Source: Candidatus Krumholzibacteriia bacterium
GTDB lineage: Bacteria > Krumholzibacteriota > Krumholzibacteriia > JAJRXK01
Length of the DNA stretch: 64,000 bases
Reading direction: 5' to 3'
Assembly: GCA_029932915.1 (NCBI GenBank)
Contig: JAOZPE010000002.1
Coordinates: forward strand, 7,546-71,545
Positions 1-8,795 of this stretch are shown here, piece by piece. A program made the position numbers and the translations under genes. The notes below the pieces were generated by a model. The model saw nothing but the letters and a program-made list of their open reading frames with translations. It ran no database searches and was not told the DNA's origin. How positions within the stretch are numbered: the stretch's first letter is position 1; every line of letters starts with the position of its first letter.

Positions 1-2015
1 CGCAGCACGCGGGTGAAGTGATCGGGGGCGATGCCCTTGTCGATGCGCTTCCAGCTTTTCCCCCAGTTCCGGCTGCGCAGCAGGTAGGGATGGAAGTCGT
101 CGCTCTTGTAGCGGGTGGCGGCCAGGTAGACCCCGCCGGGGTGGAAGGGGTCGGCCTCGATGCAGTTGATCTGGGCCCACTCGCCCAGGAGCTTGCGCGG
201 CGGGGTCACGTCCTGCCAGCTCGCGCCGCCGTCGCGGGTGAGGTGCACCAGGCCGTCGTCGCTGCCGCACCAGATGGCGCCTTCCTCGAAGACGTCCTCG
301 GCCACGGAGAAGATGGTGGCGTAGTACTCCACTCCGGTGTTGTCCTTGGTGATCGGCCCGCCCGAGGGTTTGAGGGTCGTCGGGTCGGCGCGGGTGAGAT
401 CGCCGGAGATGGGCTGCCAGCTCTGGCCCTCGTTGCGGCTGGTGAAGAGGATGTTGCCCGCCGCGTACAGCAGATGCGGATCGTGCCGGCTGAAGAGGAT
501 GGGGAAGTTCCACTGGAAGCGGGGGTTCATGTCCTCGGCCCCGTGTCCCAGGGGATCGTCCGGCCACACGTTCACCACCCGGGTCTGACCCGTGCGATGG
601 TCGTAGCGGGTGAGCAGGCCGCCGTAGCTTCCCCCGTAGACGATCTCCTCGTCGAGCGGATCGGGCGCCAGCCAGCCGCTCTCGCCGCCGGCGGAGGGTT
701 CCCAGTCGAAGATGGTGATCGAGCCGGTGCCGGTGCGGTGCAGGATGCGCACCGTCGTGTTGTCCTGCTGGGCGCCCAGGATGCGGTAGGGGAAATGGTT
801 GTCGGTGGTGACCCGGTAGAACTGCGCGGTGGGCTGGTTGTAGTAGGTGGTCCAGTTGTTGCCGCCGTCGTAGCTGACCTGGGCGCCGCCGTCGTCGGCG
901 ACGATCATCCGGCGCGGATCCTCCGGGGCGATCCACAGGTCGTGGTGGTCGCCGTGGGGAGTGCGGATGCGCTCGAAGCTTCGGCCTCCGTCCTTCGAGC
1001 GCCACAGACCGACGTTCACCACGTACACCTTGTCCGCGTCGGCCGGGTCGGCGTAGATGCGCGTGTAGTACCACGCCCTCTGGCGCAGGGTGCGTTCGCT
1101 GTTCACCCGCGTCCAGCTCTCGCCCTGATCGTCGCTGCGGAAGACCCCGCCCTCTTCGGCCTCGATGATCGCCCACACGCGATCGGGATCGGCGGCGGAC
1201 ACCGCGATGCCGCTGATGCCGATCTCTCCGGCGGGAAGGCCCGGGCGATGGGTGATCTCCTCCCAACTGTCGCCTCCGTCGCGGCTCATCCAGATGCTGC
1301 TTCCCTCGCCGCCGCTCTCCAGGCTGTAGGGGGTGCGCCGCACCCTCCAGAAGCTCGCGTAGAGGATGCGGGGATTGGTCGGATCCATCGCCAGGTCGAC
1401 CGCTCCGACCTCGTCGTTCACGTAGAGGATCCGCTCCCAGTTCTCTCCGCCGTCAAGGCTGCGGTAGATGCCCCGCTGCTCGTTGGGGCCGTACAGGTGT
1501 CCCAGCACCGCCGCGTACACCCGATCGGGATCGCGCGGGTGGACACGGATGCGCGGGATGTGCCGGGAGTCCTCCAGTCCCACGTGCGTCCAGTTGCGGC
1601 CGGCGTCGGTCGACTTCCACACCCCGTCGCCATGGGAGACGTTGCCCCGGACGGTGACCTCGCCGCCACCGGCGTAGACCACGTTCGCATCGCCGGCGCA
1701 GACGGCGACCGCACCGATGGAGCCCCCGAAGAAGCCGTCGGAGACGGGCTTCCACGATTGCCCCCCGTCGACGGATTTCCACACCCCGCCGCCGGTCGCG
1801 CCGAAGTACCAGACGAGGGGATCGCCCGCCACGCCGCACACCGCCGCGCTGCGTCCGCCCCGGTAGGGGCCGATGCCGCGGAAGCGGAGTCCTTCGAGCC
1901 GGCTCTCGTCGAAGGAGGGCGAAGCAGCCGAGGCCACATTCACCGTTGTGCCAAGAGAGAAAGCGATCAGAAGCAGGAGAGCGGTGAGGAGGAAGGAGCT
2001 GCGCGATACGGTCAT
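1..2015 (-). CDS. BNR/Asp-box repeat secreted protein (sialidase/GH74/sortilin-like beta-propeller); partial, C-terminus lies beyond the window start
   Basis: Minus-strand ATG at 2015..2013 followed by a signal peptide (MTVSRSSFLLTALLLLIAFSLGTTVNVASA). There are at least 10 Asp-box motifs SxDxGxTW (SVDGGQSWKPV, STDAGRNWTHV, SLDGGENWERI, SRDGGDSWEEI, SDDQGESWTRV, SKDGGRSFERI, SYDGGNNWTT, SSNEGQSWQPI, TRDGGASWQDV, SRDWGKSWKRI). The gene is absent from the ORF track because it runs off the window edge. Plus-strand ORF 18..2234 is its antisense shadow. Confidence 0.8.
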   Translation of the reverse strand, partial: MTVSRSSFLLTALLLLIAFSLGTTVNVASAASPSFDESRLEGLRFRGIGPYRGGRSAAVCGVAGDPLVWYFGATGGGVWKSVDGGQSWKPVSDGFFGGSIGAVAVCAGDANVVYAGGGEVTVRGNVSHGDGVWKSTDAGRNWTHVGLEDSRHIPRIRVHPRDPDRVYAAVLGHLYGPNEQRGIYRSLDGGENWERILYVNDEVGAVDLAMDPTNPRILYASFWRVRRTPYSLESGGEGSSIWMSRDGGDSWEEITHRPGLPAGEIGISGIAVSAADPDRVWAIIEAEEGGVFRSDDQGESWTRVNSERTLRQRAWYYTRIYADPADADKVYVVNVGLWRSKDGGRSFERIRTPHGDHHDLWIAPEDPRRMIVADDGGAQVSYDGGNNWTTYYNQPTAQFYRVTTDNHFPYRILGAQQDNTTVRILHRTGTGSITIFDWEPSAGGESGWLAPDPLDEEIVYGGSYGGLLTRYDHRTGQTRVVNVWPDDPLGHGAEDMNPRFQWNFPILFSRHDPHLLYAAGNILFTSRNEGQSWQPISGDLTRADPTTLKPSGGPITKDNTGVEYYATIFSVAEDVFEEGAIWCGSDDGLVHLTRDGGASWQDVTPPRKLLGEWAQINCIEADPFHPGGVYLAATRYKSDDFHPYLLRSRNWGKSWKRIDKGIAPDHFTRVL

Positions 2016-2270
2016 GGACGACTCCCAGGGACGGGTTCGTGGGGGCGGAAGCGCCGATGTGTGGGGCTTGACGGAGAATCCATTACGGGAAGAAGCATCG
2101 AGAATGTTGCCGCAGTGTACCGTTTCCGGGCCAGGGCGTCGAGAAGGGGGAGGGGGCGGCGCAGGGAGGATGCGGGGAAGGTGCGGGAGAAGGTGGGATG
2201 GGTGGAAGGCTTGGGATCTTTCGTTTCGTGCTAGAGTTGAAGGGAAAGGGCAAGGACGAGCGAAGCTTCC

Positions 2271-2984
2271 TTGCCGTGGATCTTTCGCCGGCCCGGCTCG
2301 GGCGGTGGACGTCCTTCGACCGGAGAGCAGCCGATGACCACGCCCTTGCAGAGATGGCGCCGGCATCGCGTGGACTATCGTCTGCCGGCTGCATTGGCCC
2401 TGGTCCTGGTGGTCCTGATCGGCTCGATGCTGCCCGAACTGTGGGATCTGTTCGGTCGCTCTGCGATCTCCACCTCCGTGGGCGAGAGCCCTCCGCCGCC
2501 ACCTCTCTTCTCCCGGGACGAGGGTCTCCAGATCGTCGACGTGGAGATCCTCGGTCCGCCGCCGGCCGAGCGCACCGAGGCCCGGGCGTTTCGTATCGTG
2601 CCGGCCCCCAAGAGCGCTTCGACGGCCGAGGAGGAAGCGGAGCCACAGCATCGGGCCTCAGCGGACACGAGGGAATTCGCCTGGGACCCGACCCAGAGCT
2701 ACCGCCCGGGCTCGGAGCTGCTGGCTCCGGCTCCGAAGACTCCCGGATCGGCACTTTCCCGCACCCCCAGGCGCCTGGACTACCTGCTGTCGCTGGACGG
2801 GGTGGTTTCGATGGACCTGGCCGATACCAGTCAGACCGCCCGCGGGCACCTCAATTTCGTTCTTCTCCAGCGGAGGATGTTCCTGGAGAATGCTCCTCGC
2901 TGGGCCTATGAGAAGGCCGTCGAACGCTACAAGCGCATGCTCGAGCAGATGGCGATGGACAATCCCCTGCGGGGACCACAGTAG
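2271..2984 (+). CDS. hypothetical single-pass membrane protein (the real start may be the internal Met near 2332)
   Basis: The ORF has coding-like high GC3. One predicted TM helix (LPAALALVLVVLIGSMLP) and a Pro-rich linker (ESPPPPPLF). No family recognised. Confidence 0.4.
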   Translation: MPWIFRRPGSGGGRPSTGEQPMTTPLQRWRRHRVDYRLPAALALVLVVLIGSMLPELWDLFGRSAISTSVGESPPPPPLFSRDEGLQIVDVEILGPPPAERTEARAFRIVPAPKSASTAEEEAEPQHRASADTREFAWDPTQSYRPGSELLAPAPKTPGSALSRTPRRLDYLLSLDGVVSMDLADTSQTARGHLNFVLLQRRMFLENAPRWAYEKAVERYKRMLEQMAMDNPLRGPQ

Positions 2985-3075
2985 GGGCGAGGGGACCGCA
3001 ACAGGGGAATAGGGTCCACAGTCGGGGCAAAGGGTCCTCAGTCGAGGCAGGAGGGGCACTGCAGGGGCTGCGGCC
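2985..3075. repeat. G-rich tandem degenerate repeats of about 20 nt immediately downstream of the hypothetical gene
   Basis: tagggtccacagtcggggca / aagggtcctcagtcgaggca, plus flanking ggggaccgcaacagggg and ggggcactgcagggg units. Confidence 0.4.
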
Positions 3076-3152
3076 AAGCTTTGCGTGCCAAGCCGGGTCT
3101 TTCCTGCTACCCTTTGCCCACCGGCAACCCATCGATCAGGAGGATGGTTTCG

Positions 3153-3677
3153 ATGAAGCGTGTTTTGATGGTATCGCTCGTTCTCGCCGCGTTCGCCCTT
3201 TCCGCCTGTGGTGGGATGACGGTGCACACCGACTGGGACGAGAACGCCGATTTCACTTCGTACAAGACCTTTGCCTGGATGTCTCCCCCGGCCGGGGAGA
3301 CCCATGCCAGCGAGCTGGTGATGAATCGCATCCGTGACTCGGTCATCGCCGAGATGAAGGCCAAGGGCTACGTGGAGGACGAGGAGAACCCGGACATCTA
3401 CGTGACCTCCATCGTCATCATCGAGCAGAAGACCGATGTCTCGACGACATCCTACGGCTATGGATACGGTTACGGCTACTGGGGCGGCTATGGGCCGCAG
3501 AGCGTCGATGTCTACCAGTACCACGAGGGCACGATCCTCCTGGACGTGGTCGACGCGAAGAAGAACCAGTTGGTGTGGCGAGGATCGGGAAGCAAGGTGG
3601 TCGACCAGAGTTCCGGACGGCCGGACAAGATCCGCGACGCGGTCATCAATATCCTCAGCCGTTTCCCGCCCCAGTAG
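3153..3677 (+). CDS. lipoprotein, DUF4136-like
   Basis: AGGAGG 8 nt upstream of ATG 3153. Lipobox LSAC after a signal peptide (MKRVLMVSLVLAAFALSAC). Contains a Gly-Tyr repeat SYGYGYGYGYWGGYGP. Confidence 0.55.
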   Translation: MKRVLMVSLVLAAFALSACGGMTVHTDWDENADFTSYKTFAWMSPPAGETHASELVMNRIRDSVIAEMKAKGYVEDEENPDIYVTSIVIIEQKTDVSTTSYGYGYGYGYWGGYGPQSVDVYQYHEGTILLDVVDAKKNQLVWRGSGSKVVDQSSGRPDKIRDAVINILSRFPPQ

Positions 3678-3720
3678 GCGCGCACCGGCTGGACGAGCAG
3701 ACCTTCGAAGTGAGATCGTG

Positions 3721-3760
3721 AAGAAGGCGGATCCTGTGATCCGCCTTCTTTCGCTTCCTT
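3721..3760. terminator. bidirectional rho-independent terminator between convergent genes
   Basis: Perfect 13-bp inverted repeat aagaaggcggatc-ctgt-gatccgccttctt followed by a T-rich tract tcgcttcctt. Lies between the + gene ending at 3677 and the - gene ending at 3801. Confidence 0.6.
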
Positions 3761-3800
3761 CCCGCTCGCGGTGCTTCTTCTCGGTCCCTGACGCTTCGTC

Positions 3801-5246
3801 TCAGCTCACAGCCGGTGGGGTGCGGATGACCATCAGACGCAGTTCGGTCATCTCCTCCATCGCGAAGCGCAGGCCTTCCCGCCCCAGGCCCGAGTTCTTC
3901 ACCCCGCCGTAGGGCATGTGGTCGACCCGCCAACTGGGGATGTCCCCGATCACCACGCCTCCCACCTCGAGTTCGTCCCAGGCCTTCTGGGCCCGGTACA
4001 GATCGCGGGTGAAGACACCGGCCTGGAGCCCGTAGCTCGAGTCGTTCACCTCGGCCAGAGCCTCGTCGAAGTCGGAGAAACGGGAGAGGATTGCCACCGG
4101 CCCGAAGGCCTCCCGCGCGTAGATGCGGTCGTCCCGCCGCACGCCTTCCAGCAGGGTGGCGGGCAGCATGGCTCCCTCGCGTTTGCCGCCGCACAGGACG
4201 GTGGCGCCGTGCTCGACCGCCTCGTCGATCCACTCCTCCACCCGCCGGGCCTCCTTCTCCGAGATCATCGGACCGATGAAGGTGGCCTCGTCCTTGGGAT
4301 CGCCCATGGGCAGCGCCGACGCCCGTTCGACCAGGCGGCGCTTGAACTCCTCGTAGATCGACTCGTGGATGATGATGCGCTGGACGCTGATGCAGCTCTG
4401 GCCGGACTGGTAGAAGGCCCCGATGATCACCCTCTCGAGTGCGTCGTCCAGATCGGTGTCCTCGTCGATGATGCAGGCCGCGTTGCCCCCGAGCTCGAGC
4501 AGCACCTTCTTCCTTCCCGCCCGGGCCTTCAGCTCCCAGCCCGAGGCGGGCGAGCCGGTGAAGCTCAGCAGCTTCAGGCGGTCGTCGGTGGTGAAGAGAT
4601 CGGCGCCTTCGCGGCTGCACGGAAGGATGCTGAACGCGCCCTCGGGCAGGTCGGTCTCGGCGAGGATCTCACCGAGGATCAGCGCTCCGACCGGCGTGCG
4701 GCTCGATGGCTTCAGCACGAAGGGGCAGCCGACCGCCAGGGCCGGGGCCACCTTGTGGGCCACCAGGTTCAGGGGGAAGTTGAAGGGGGAGATGAGACTG
4801 ACCGGTCCGATGGGCACGCGCTTGTACATGCCGCGGTAGCCGCGGGCGCGGGCGGAGATCTCCAGTTCCATGACCTCGCCGCCCAGACGCGGCACCTCCT
4901 CGGCCGCGTAGCGGAAGGTGTCGATGAGCCGCTGCACCTCGCCCCGGCTGTCGCGGATGGGTTTACCCGCCTCGATGCACAGGGCCTGGGCCAGCTCCTC
5001 CGCTCGTTCCTCCAGGCGGTGCACGCAGTGGTAGAGCACGCTCTGGCGCTGGTAGGCGGGAAGCCGGCGCATGGCCTCCGCGGCCTCCGCGGCCGCCTCG
5101 ATTCCGTGCTCGATGGCCTCCTGGTCGGCGCGGGCCACGTAGGTGGCCACCTCGCCGGTGTACTTGTCCAGGACCGGCAGATCGCGGTTGGCCGCCACCG
5201 GCCGGTTCGCCAGGTAGTAGGGATAGCTCTCTTGCAACATGGTCAC
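3801..5246 (-). CDS. NAD(P)-dependent aldehyde dehydrogenase
   Basis: 481 aa with ALDH-family motifs: ELGGNAA (glutamate active site), FYQSGQSCIS (catalytic Cys), GSPASGWELKA. Confidence 0.9.
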   Translation of the reverse strand: MTMLQESYPYYLANRPVAANRDLPVLDKYTGEVATYVARADQEAIEHGIEAAAEAAEAMRRLPAYQRQSVLYHCVHRLEERAEELAQALCIEAGKPIRDSRGEVQRLIDTFRYAAEEVPRLGGEVMELEISARARGYRGMYKRVPIGPVSLISPFNFPLNLVAHKVAPALAVGCPFVLKPSSRTPVGALILGEILAETDLPEGAFSILPCSREGADLFTTDDRLKLLSFTGSPASGWELKARAGRKKVLLELGGNAACIIDEDTDLDDALERVIIGAFYQSGQSCISVQRIIIHESIYEEFKRRLVERASALPMGDPKDEATFIGPMISEKEARRVEEWIDEAVEHGATVLCGGKREGAMLPATLLEGVRRDDRIYAREAFGPVAILSRFSDFDEALAEVNDSSYGLQAGVFTRDLYRAQKAWDELEVGGVVIGDIPSWRVDHMPYGGVKNSGLGREGLRFAMEEMTELRLMVIRTPPAVS

Positions 5247-6604
5247 CTCGATTCCAGGGATGCTTCGGGCCGGCGATCGTCATCCTCACCGGCGGCCGGA
5301 CGCACCCGCCTCAAGACGGGCAGGATCAACATGGTATTGCTCAGGAAACGGCCCCCCAGATAGGCCACCGCGGCGCAGGTCGCCCCCGGCCAGTCGGTGA
5401 GGGCGATGGCCGCCCACAGCAGCAGGGCGATGCCGCTGAGTTCGAGGGCGGTGGCCCAGGTGATGGGGTCGGTATGGCGGCCGCTCACCAGGATGGCCCT
5501 CTCGACCGCGAGCAGCACGGAAAGGGCGGGCAGCAGCGAGAGGATCCGCGTCGGGGTGAGCGCGAAGCGCACCAGATCGGGGTGCAGGCCGCTGACGGTG
5601 GAGAACCAGAAACGCGAGAGCGGGGTGAAGGCGATCAGCGCCATCCCCGCGCTGACGGCCAGGGCCAGGCCGGCGGCGAAGCTCATCAGCGGCCGCATCC
5701 TCTTCCAGGCCGGATCCATCAGGGCGATGACCACGTCGTGGTAGGCCAAAGCCGGCGAGCGGAAGATGAAGGACAGCGAATTCACCACCGGCAGGACAGC
5801 CAGCGACTCCAGACTGTAGGGGGCGTGTCCCATGAACAGGGTGACCACTGGATAGGCCGCCAGGGAAATGGTGGAGGTCATGGCCAGAGGCACGTAGAAG
5901 CGGCCGATGCCGCGGTAGCTGAGGGTACGTTCGGAGCTGGCCGGCTCCATGAGGTCACGCATCGCCGTGCGGGCCATCCAGCGGCTCGCCAACGCTTCCA
6001 TGCACACGCCGGCACTCAGCGCGCCCGCTCCCACCCAGGCTCCGGCCAGGCCGGTGCCGCGATAGAGCAACAGGCCGGTCACCGCCATCGTCGACAGGCG
6101 CACCACGGTGCCGTAGGCCACCCTGCGGGTCATGCCGCTGCGGATGAGCAGACCCTGGTACAGACGGCGGTAGCCGATGGCTCCGGGCCAGGGCAGCAGG
6201 ATCCACAGGGAGATGTGGGTGAGACGCTCGACCTCCGGCGGCAGCTTCATCACATCGTGGGCCACCCAGCCGAAGAGGGGGGTCGCCAACAGGATCACCT
6301 GGAAGGCGGTGATGACGAAGTTCAAGGCGTAGGTGAAGCGGCGCAGGCGGCGGAAGTTCGGGCCGTCCTCGGCCAGCGCGGTCGCCGCGCTCATGATCAT
6401 GATCACCGGCGACTCGATGATGATGGCGAAGGCGAAGGCCACTCCATAGGCGGCCAGGTTGAACTTCGGTTCGCTCAGGCGGGCGATGATCGCGGCCAGG
6501 AAGGGGCCCTCGACCGCCATCATCAGCCAGGTGGCGGCCAGCGGCAGCCAGAACACCAGGATGCGGCGTCGGCTGAGGGCTTCTTCGAAGGCTTCTCTTG
6601 GCAT
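5243..6604 (-). CDS. polytopic membrane protein, MATE/MOP-superfamily-like (about 12 TM)
   Basis: Minus ATG at 6604 (MPREAFEE...), 453 aa, about 12 hydrophobic helices. Its stop overlaps the ALDH start by 4 nt, indicating an operon. The 5243..8521 ORF in the track is an artefactual 5' extension running antisense through htpG. Confidence 0.5.
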   Translation of the reverse strand: MPREAFEEALSRRRILVFWLPLAATWLMMAVEGPFLAAIIARLSEPKFNLAAYGVAFAFAIIIESPVIMIMSAATALAEDGPNFRRLRRFTYALNFVITAFQVILLATPLFGWVAHDVMKLPPEVERLTHISLWILLPWPGAIGYRRLYQGLLIRSGMTRRVAYGTVVRLSTMAVTGLLLYRGTGLAGAWVGAGALSAGVCMEALASRWMARTAMRDLMEPASSERTLSYRGIGRFYVPLAMTSTISLAAYPVVTLFMGHAPYSLESLAVLPVVNSLSFIFRSPALAYHDVVIALMDPAWKRMRPLMSFAAGLALAVSAGMALIAFTPLSRFWFSTVSGLHPDLVRFALTPTRILSLLPALSVLLAVERAILVSGRHTDPITWATALELSGIALLLWAAIALTDWPGATCAAVAYLGGRFLSNTMLILPVLRRVRPAAGEDDDRRPEASLESR

Positions 6605-6778
6605 GGTGCAGCGATGATAGCCCCTGACGGGGAGAAGGCAACGTGCGTGGGGCCGATTCGGCCGCCGTCGGCCCTTGCGGAGCGTGTGGCCCTTTTCTAA
6701 GCTCCTGCCCGAGCCCGGTTTCCACTGGCCCGCCATCGGCGGCGGGGGGAGTCCATCCATTCGAAGAGGTGCTCGATC

Positions 6779-8791
6779 ATGGCAACATCCTCCACCGGGC
6801 GTGAGACCCGCGAATTCCGCGCCGACCTGCGCCAACTGCTCGATCTCATCACCCATTCGCTCTACAGCAACCGCGAGATCTTCCTGCGCGAGCTCATCTC
6901 CAATGCCAGCGATGCCCTGGACAAGCTGCGTTTCGAGGCCCTGACCCACCCCGAACTGCGCGAGGACGGCGACGAGCTTCAGATCCGCCTGTTGCCGGAC
7001 AAGGAGGCGGGCACCCTGACCGTCTCGGACAACGGCATCGGCATGAGCCGCGAGGGCATCGCCGACGATCTGGGTACCATCGCCCGCAGCGGCACGGCCG
7101 CGTTCCTGGAGGCCCTGAAGCAGAGCGATGACGCCCAGCGGCCCGAACTCATCGGACAGTTCGGCGTGGGCTTCTATTCGGCCTTCATGGTGGCCGAGGA
7201 GATCACCGTCCGCTCGCGCCGCGCCGGCGAGAAGGAAGGCGTGCAGTGGGTCAGCCGCGGTCAGGGGGAGTTCTCCCTGGAGACCATCGAGAAGGAGAAG
7301 ACTGGCACCGACGTCATCCTGAAGCTGCGCGAGGATGCCCTCGAATTCCTCGAGCCCTATCGTCTGCGCGAGCTCGTCCGCAAGTACAGCGACTTCATCG
7401 AGCACCCCATCGTGATGGCCACCGAGAAGGAGGTCGACGGCGAGAAGAAGGTGGAGGACGAGGTGCTCAACAGCCGCAAGGCGATCTGGCTGCGCTCGCC
7501 GAGCGAGGTGTCCAAGGAGGACTACGCCGAGTTCTACAAGCAGATCGCGCGCGACTTCAAGGATCCGCTGGAGACCATCCACTTCAGCGCCGAGGGGGTC
7601 ATCGAGTTCAAGGCCCTGCTCTACATTCCCGAAGCCCCGCCCTGGGAGCAGCTCTTCGGTGAGAACAAGAATGGCCTGCACCTGTACATCCAGCGTGTCT
7701 TCATCATGGACGACTGCCAGGATCTGCTGCCCGAGTATCTGCGCTTCGTCCGCGGCGTCGTCGACAGCTCGGACCTGCCCCTGAACGTCTCGCGCGAGTT
7801 GCTGCAGGAGAATCCCCTGGCGGCGAAGATCCGCAAGAACCTCACCGGCAAGGTCCTCAAGACCCTCGCCGATATGAAGAAGAACGACCGGCCGCGCTAC
7901 GAGCGCTTCTTCAAGCGCATGGGAGCGGTGCTCAAGGAAGGCATCGCCCGCGACTTCGAGCGGCGCGACGAGCTGGCCGAGCTGCTCCTCTTCGAGAGCA
8001 CGGCGACCAAGGCGGGCGAGTACACCACCCTGGAGGACTACGTGTCCCGCATGCCCGCCGATCAGGAGGCCATCTGGTATCTCATCGGCGAGGAGAGGGC
8101 GGTGCTGGAGAACGCTCCCTTCGTGGAGGCCTTCCGCTCGAAGGGCCAGGAGGTCCTCCTGCTCACCGATCCCATCGACGAATTCCTCGTCCATTCGCTT
8201 CCCAGCTACAAGGACAAGCCCCTGCGGGCCGTCGACCGGGAGAAGGTGGAGGAAGAGGAGATCCCCGAGCTCATCGAGGAGAGCTATCGCCCCCTGCTGG
8301 ACCGTCTGAAGGAGTTGCTCGATGAGGAGGTCTCCGAGGTGCGGCTGAGCACCCGCCTGCGTGAGAGCGCTTCGTGTCTGGTCAGCCCCGAAGGCGCGCT
8401 GGGCTCGCACATGGAGAGGTTGATGCAGCGTCTGGGCCGGGAGGACGAGTTGCCCGTGACCAAGCGCATCCTCGAGCTGAATCCCGAGCACCCGGCGGTG
8501 CAGTCGCTGCGGGCGATCCACGAGCGCGACGGAAAGGACCCGCGGGTGGAGAGCTTCGGCCGCCTTTTGCTGGACGAGGCGATGCTGACCGAGGGCTCCC
8601 GGCCGAAGGATCCGGTCGCTCTCGCACGGCGCATCAACGATCTGCTGGTGGCGGCATCCGAAACCACCTCATCCTCGAGCGCTTCGAAGAGTCCGGCGGG
8701 CTCGATGGGAACGAGGGGTTCGAAGAAGCCGAAGACTTCAGAGAGCTCGAAGAAATCGAAGGCTCCAAAGGCGTCCGAGGAGAAGGAATAG
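6779..8791 (+). CDS. htpG: molecular chaperone HtpG (Hsp90) with an unusual Lys/Ser-rich C-terminal tail
   Basis: N-terminal HATPase motif LYSNREIFLRELISNASDALDKLRF. Full-length collinearity with HtpG. Tail ...SSSSASKSPAGSMGTRGSKKPKTSESSKKSKAPKASEEKE. Confidence 0.92.
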   Translation: MATSSTGRETREFRADLRQLLDLITHSLYSNREIFLRELISNASDALDKLRFEALTHPELREDGDELQIRLLPDKEAGTLTVSDNGIGMSREGIADDLGTIARSGTAAFLEALKQSDDAQRPELIGQFGVGFYSAFMVAEEITVRSRRAGEKEGVQWVSRGQGEFSLETIEKEKTGTDVILKLREDALEFLEPYRLRELVRKYSDFIEHPIVMATEKEVDGEKKVEDEVLNSRKAIWLRSPSEVSKEDYAEFYKQIARDFKDPLETIHFSAEGVIEFKALLYIPEAPPWEQLFGENKNGLHLYIQRVFIMDDCQDLLPEYLRFVRGVVDSSDLPLNVSRELLQENPLAAKIRKNLTGKVLKTLADMKKNDRPRYERFFKRMGAVLKEGIARDFERRDELAELLLFESTATKAGEYTTLEDYVSRMPADQEAIWYLIGEERAVLENAPFVEAFRSKGQEVLLLTDPIDEFLVHSLPSYKDKPLRAVDREKVEEEEIPELIEESYRPLLDRLKELLDEEVSEVRLSTRLRESASCLVSPEGALGSHMERLMQRLGREDELPVTKRILELNPEHPAVQSLRAIHERDGKDPRVESFGRLLLDEAMLTEGSRPKDPVALARRINDLLVAASETTSSSSASKSPAGSMGTRGSKKPKTSESSKKSKAPKASEEKE

Positions 8792-8795
8792 GCGA

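Noticed and set aside
18-2234. 738-aa plus-strand ORF
   Set aside because: Antisense shadow of the minus-strand BNR-repeat gene. Its translation is Ala/Gly/Val/Pro-rich low-complexity sequence typical of high-GC reverse frames, whereas the minus frame has ten Asp-box motifs.
3918-5363. 481-aa plus-strand ORF
   Set aside because: Exactly overlaps the well-supported aldehyde dehydrogenase on the opposite strand. The translation is Gly/Arg/Asp-rich junk.
6672-6699. Possible sigma-32 heat-shock promoter upstream of htpG (CCCTTGCGG ... CCCTTTTCTA)
   Set aside because: The spacing between the -35-like and -10-like elements is only about 9 nt against the expected 13-15, so it is not supported.
6605-8521. 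Upstream 640 aa of the 1092-aa minus-strand ORF 5243..8521
   Set aside because: Runs antisense through htpG (6779..8791). The real gene starts at the ATG at 6604 (MPREAFEE...). The upstream translation has no coding character.
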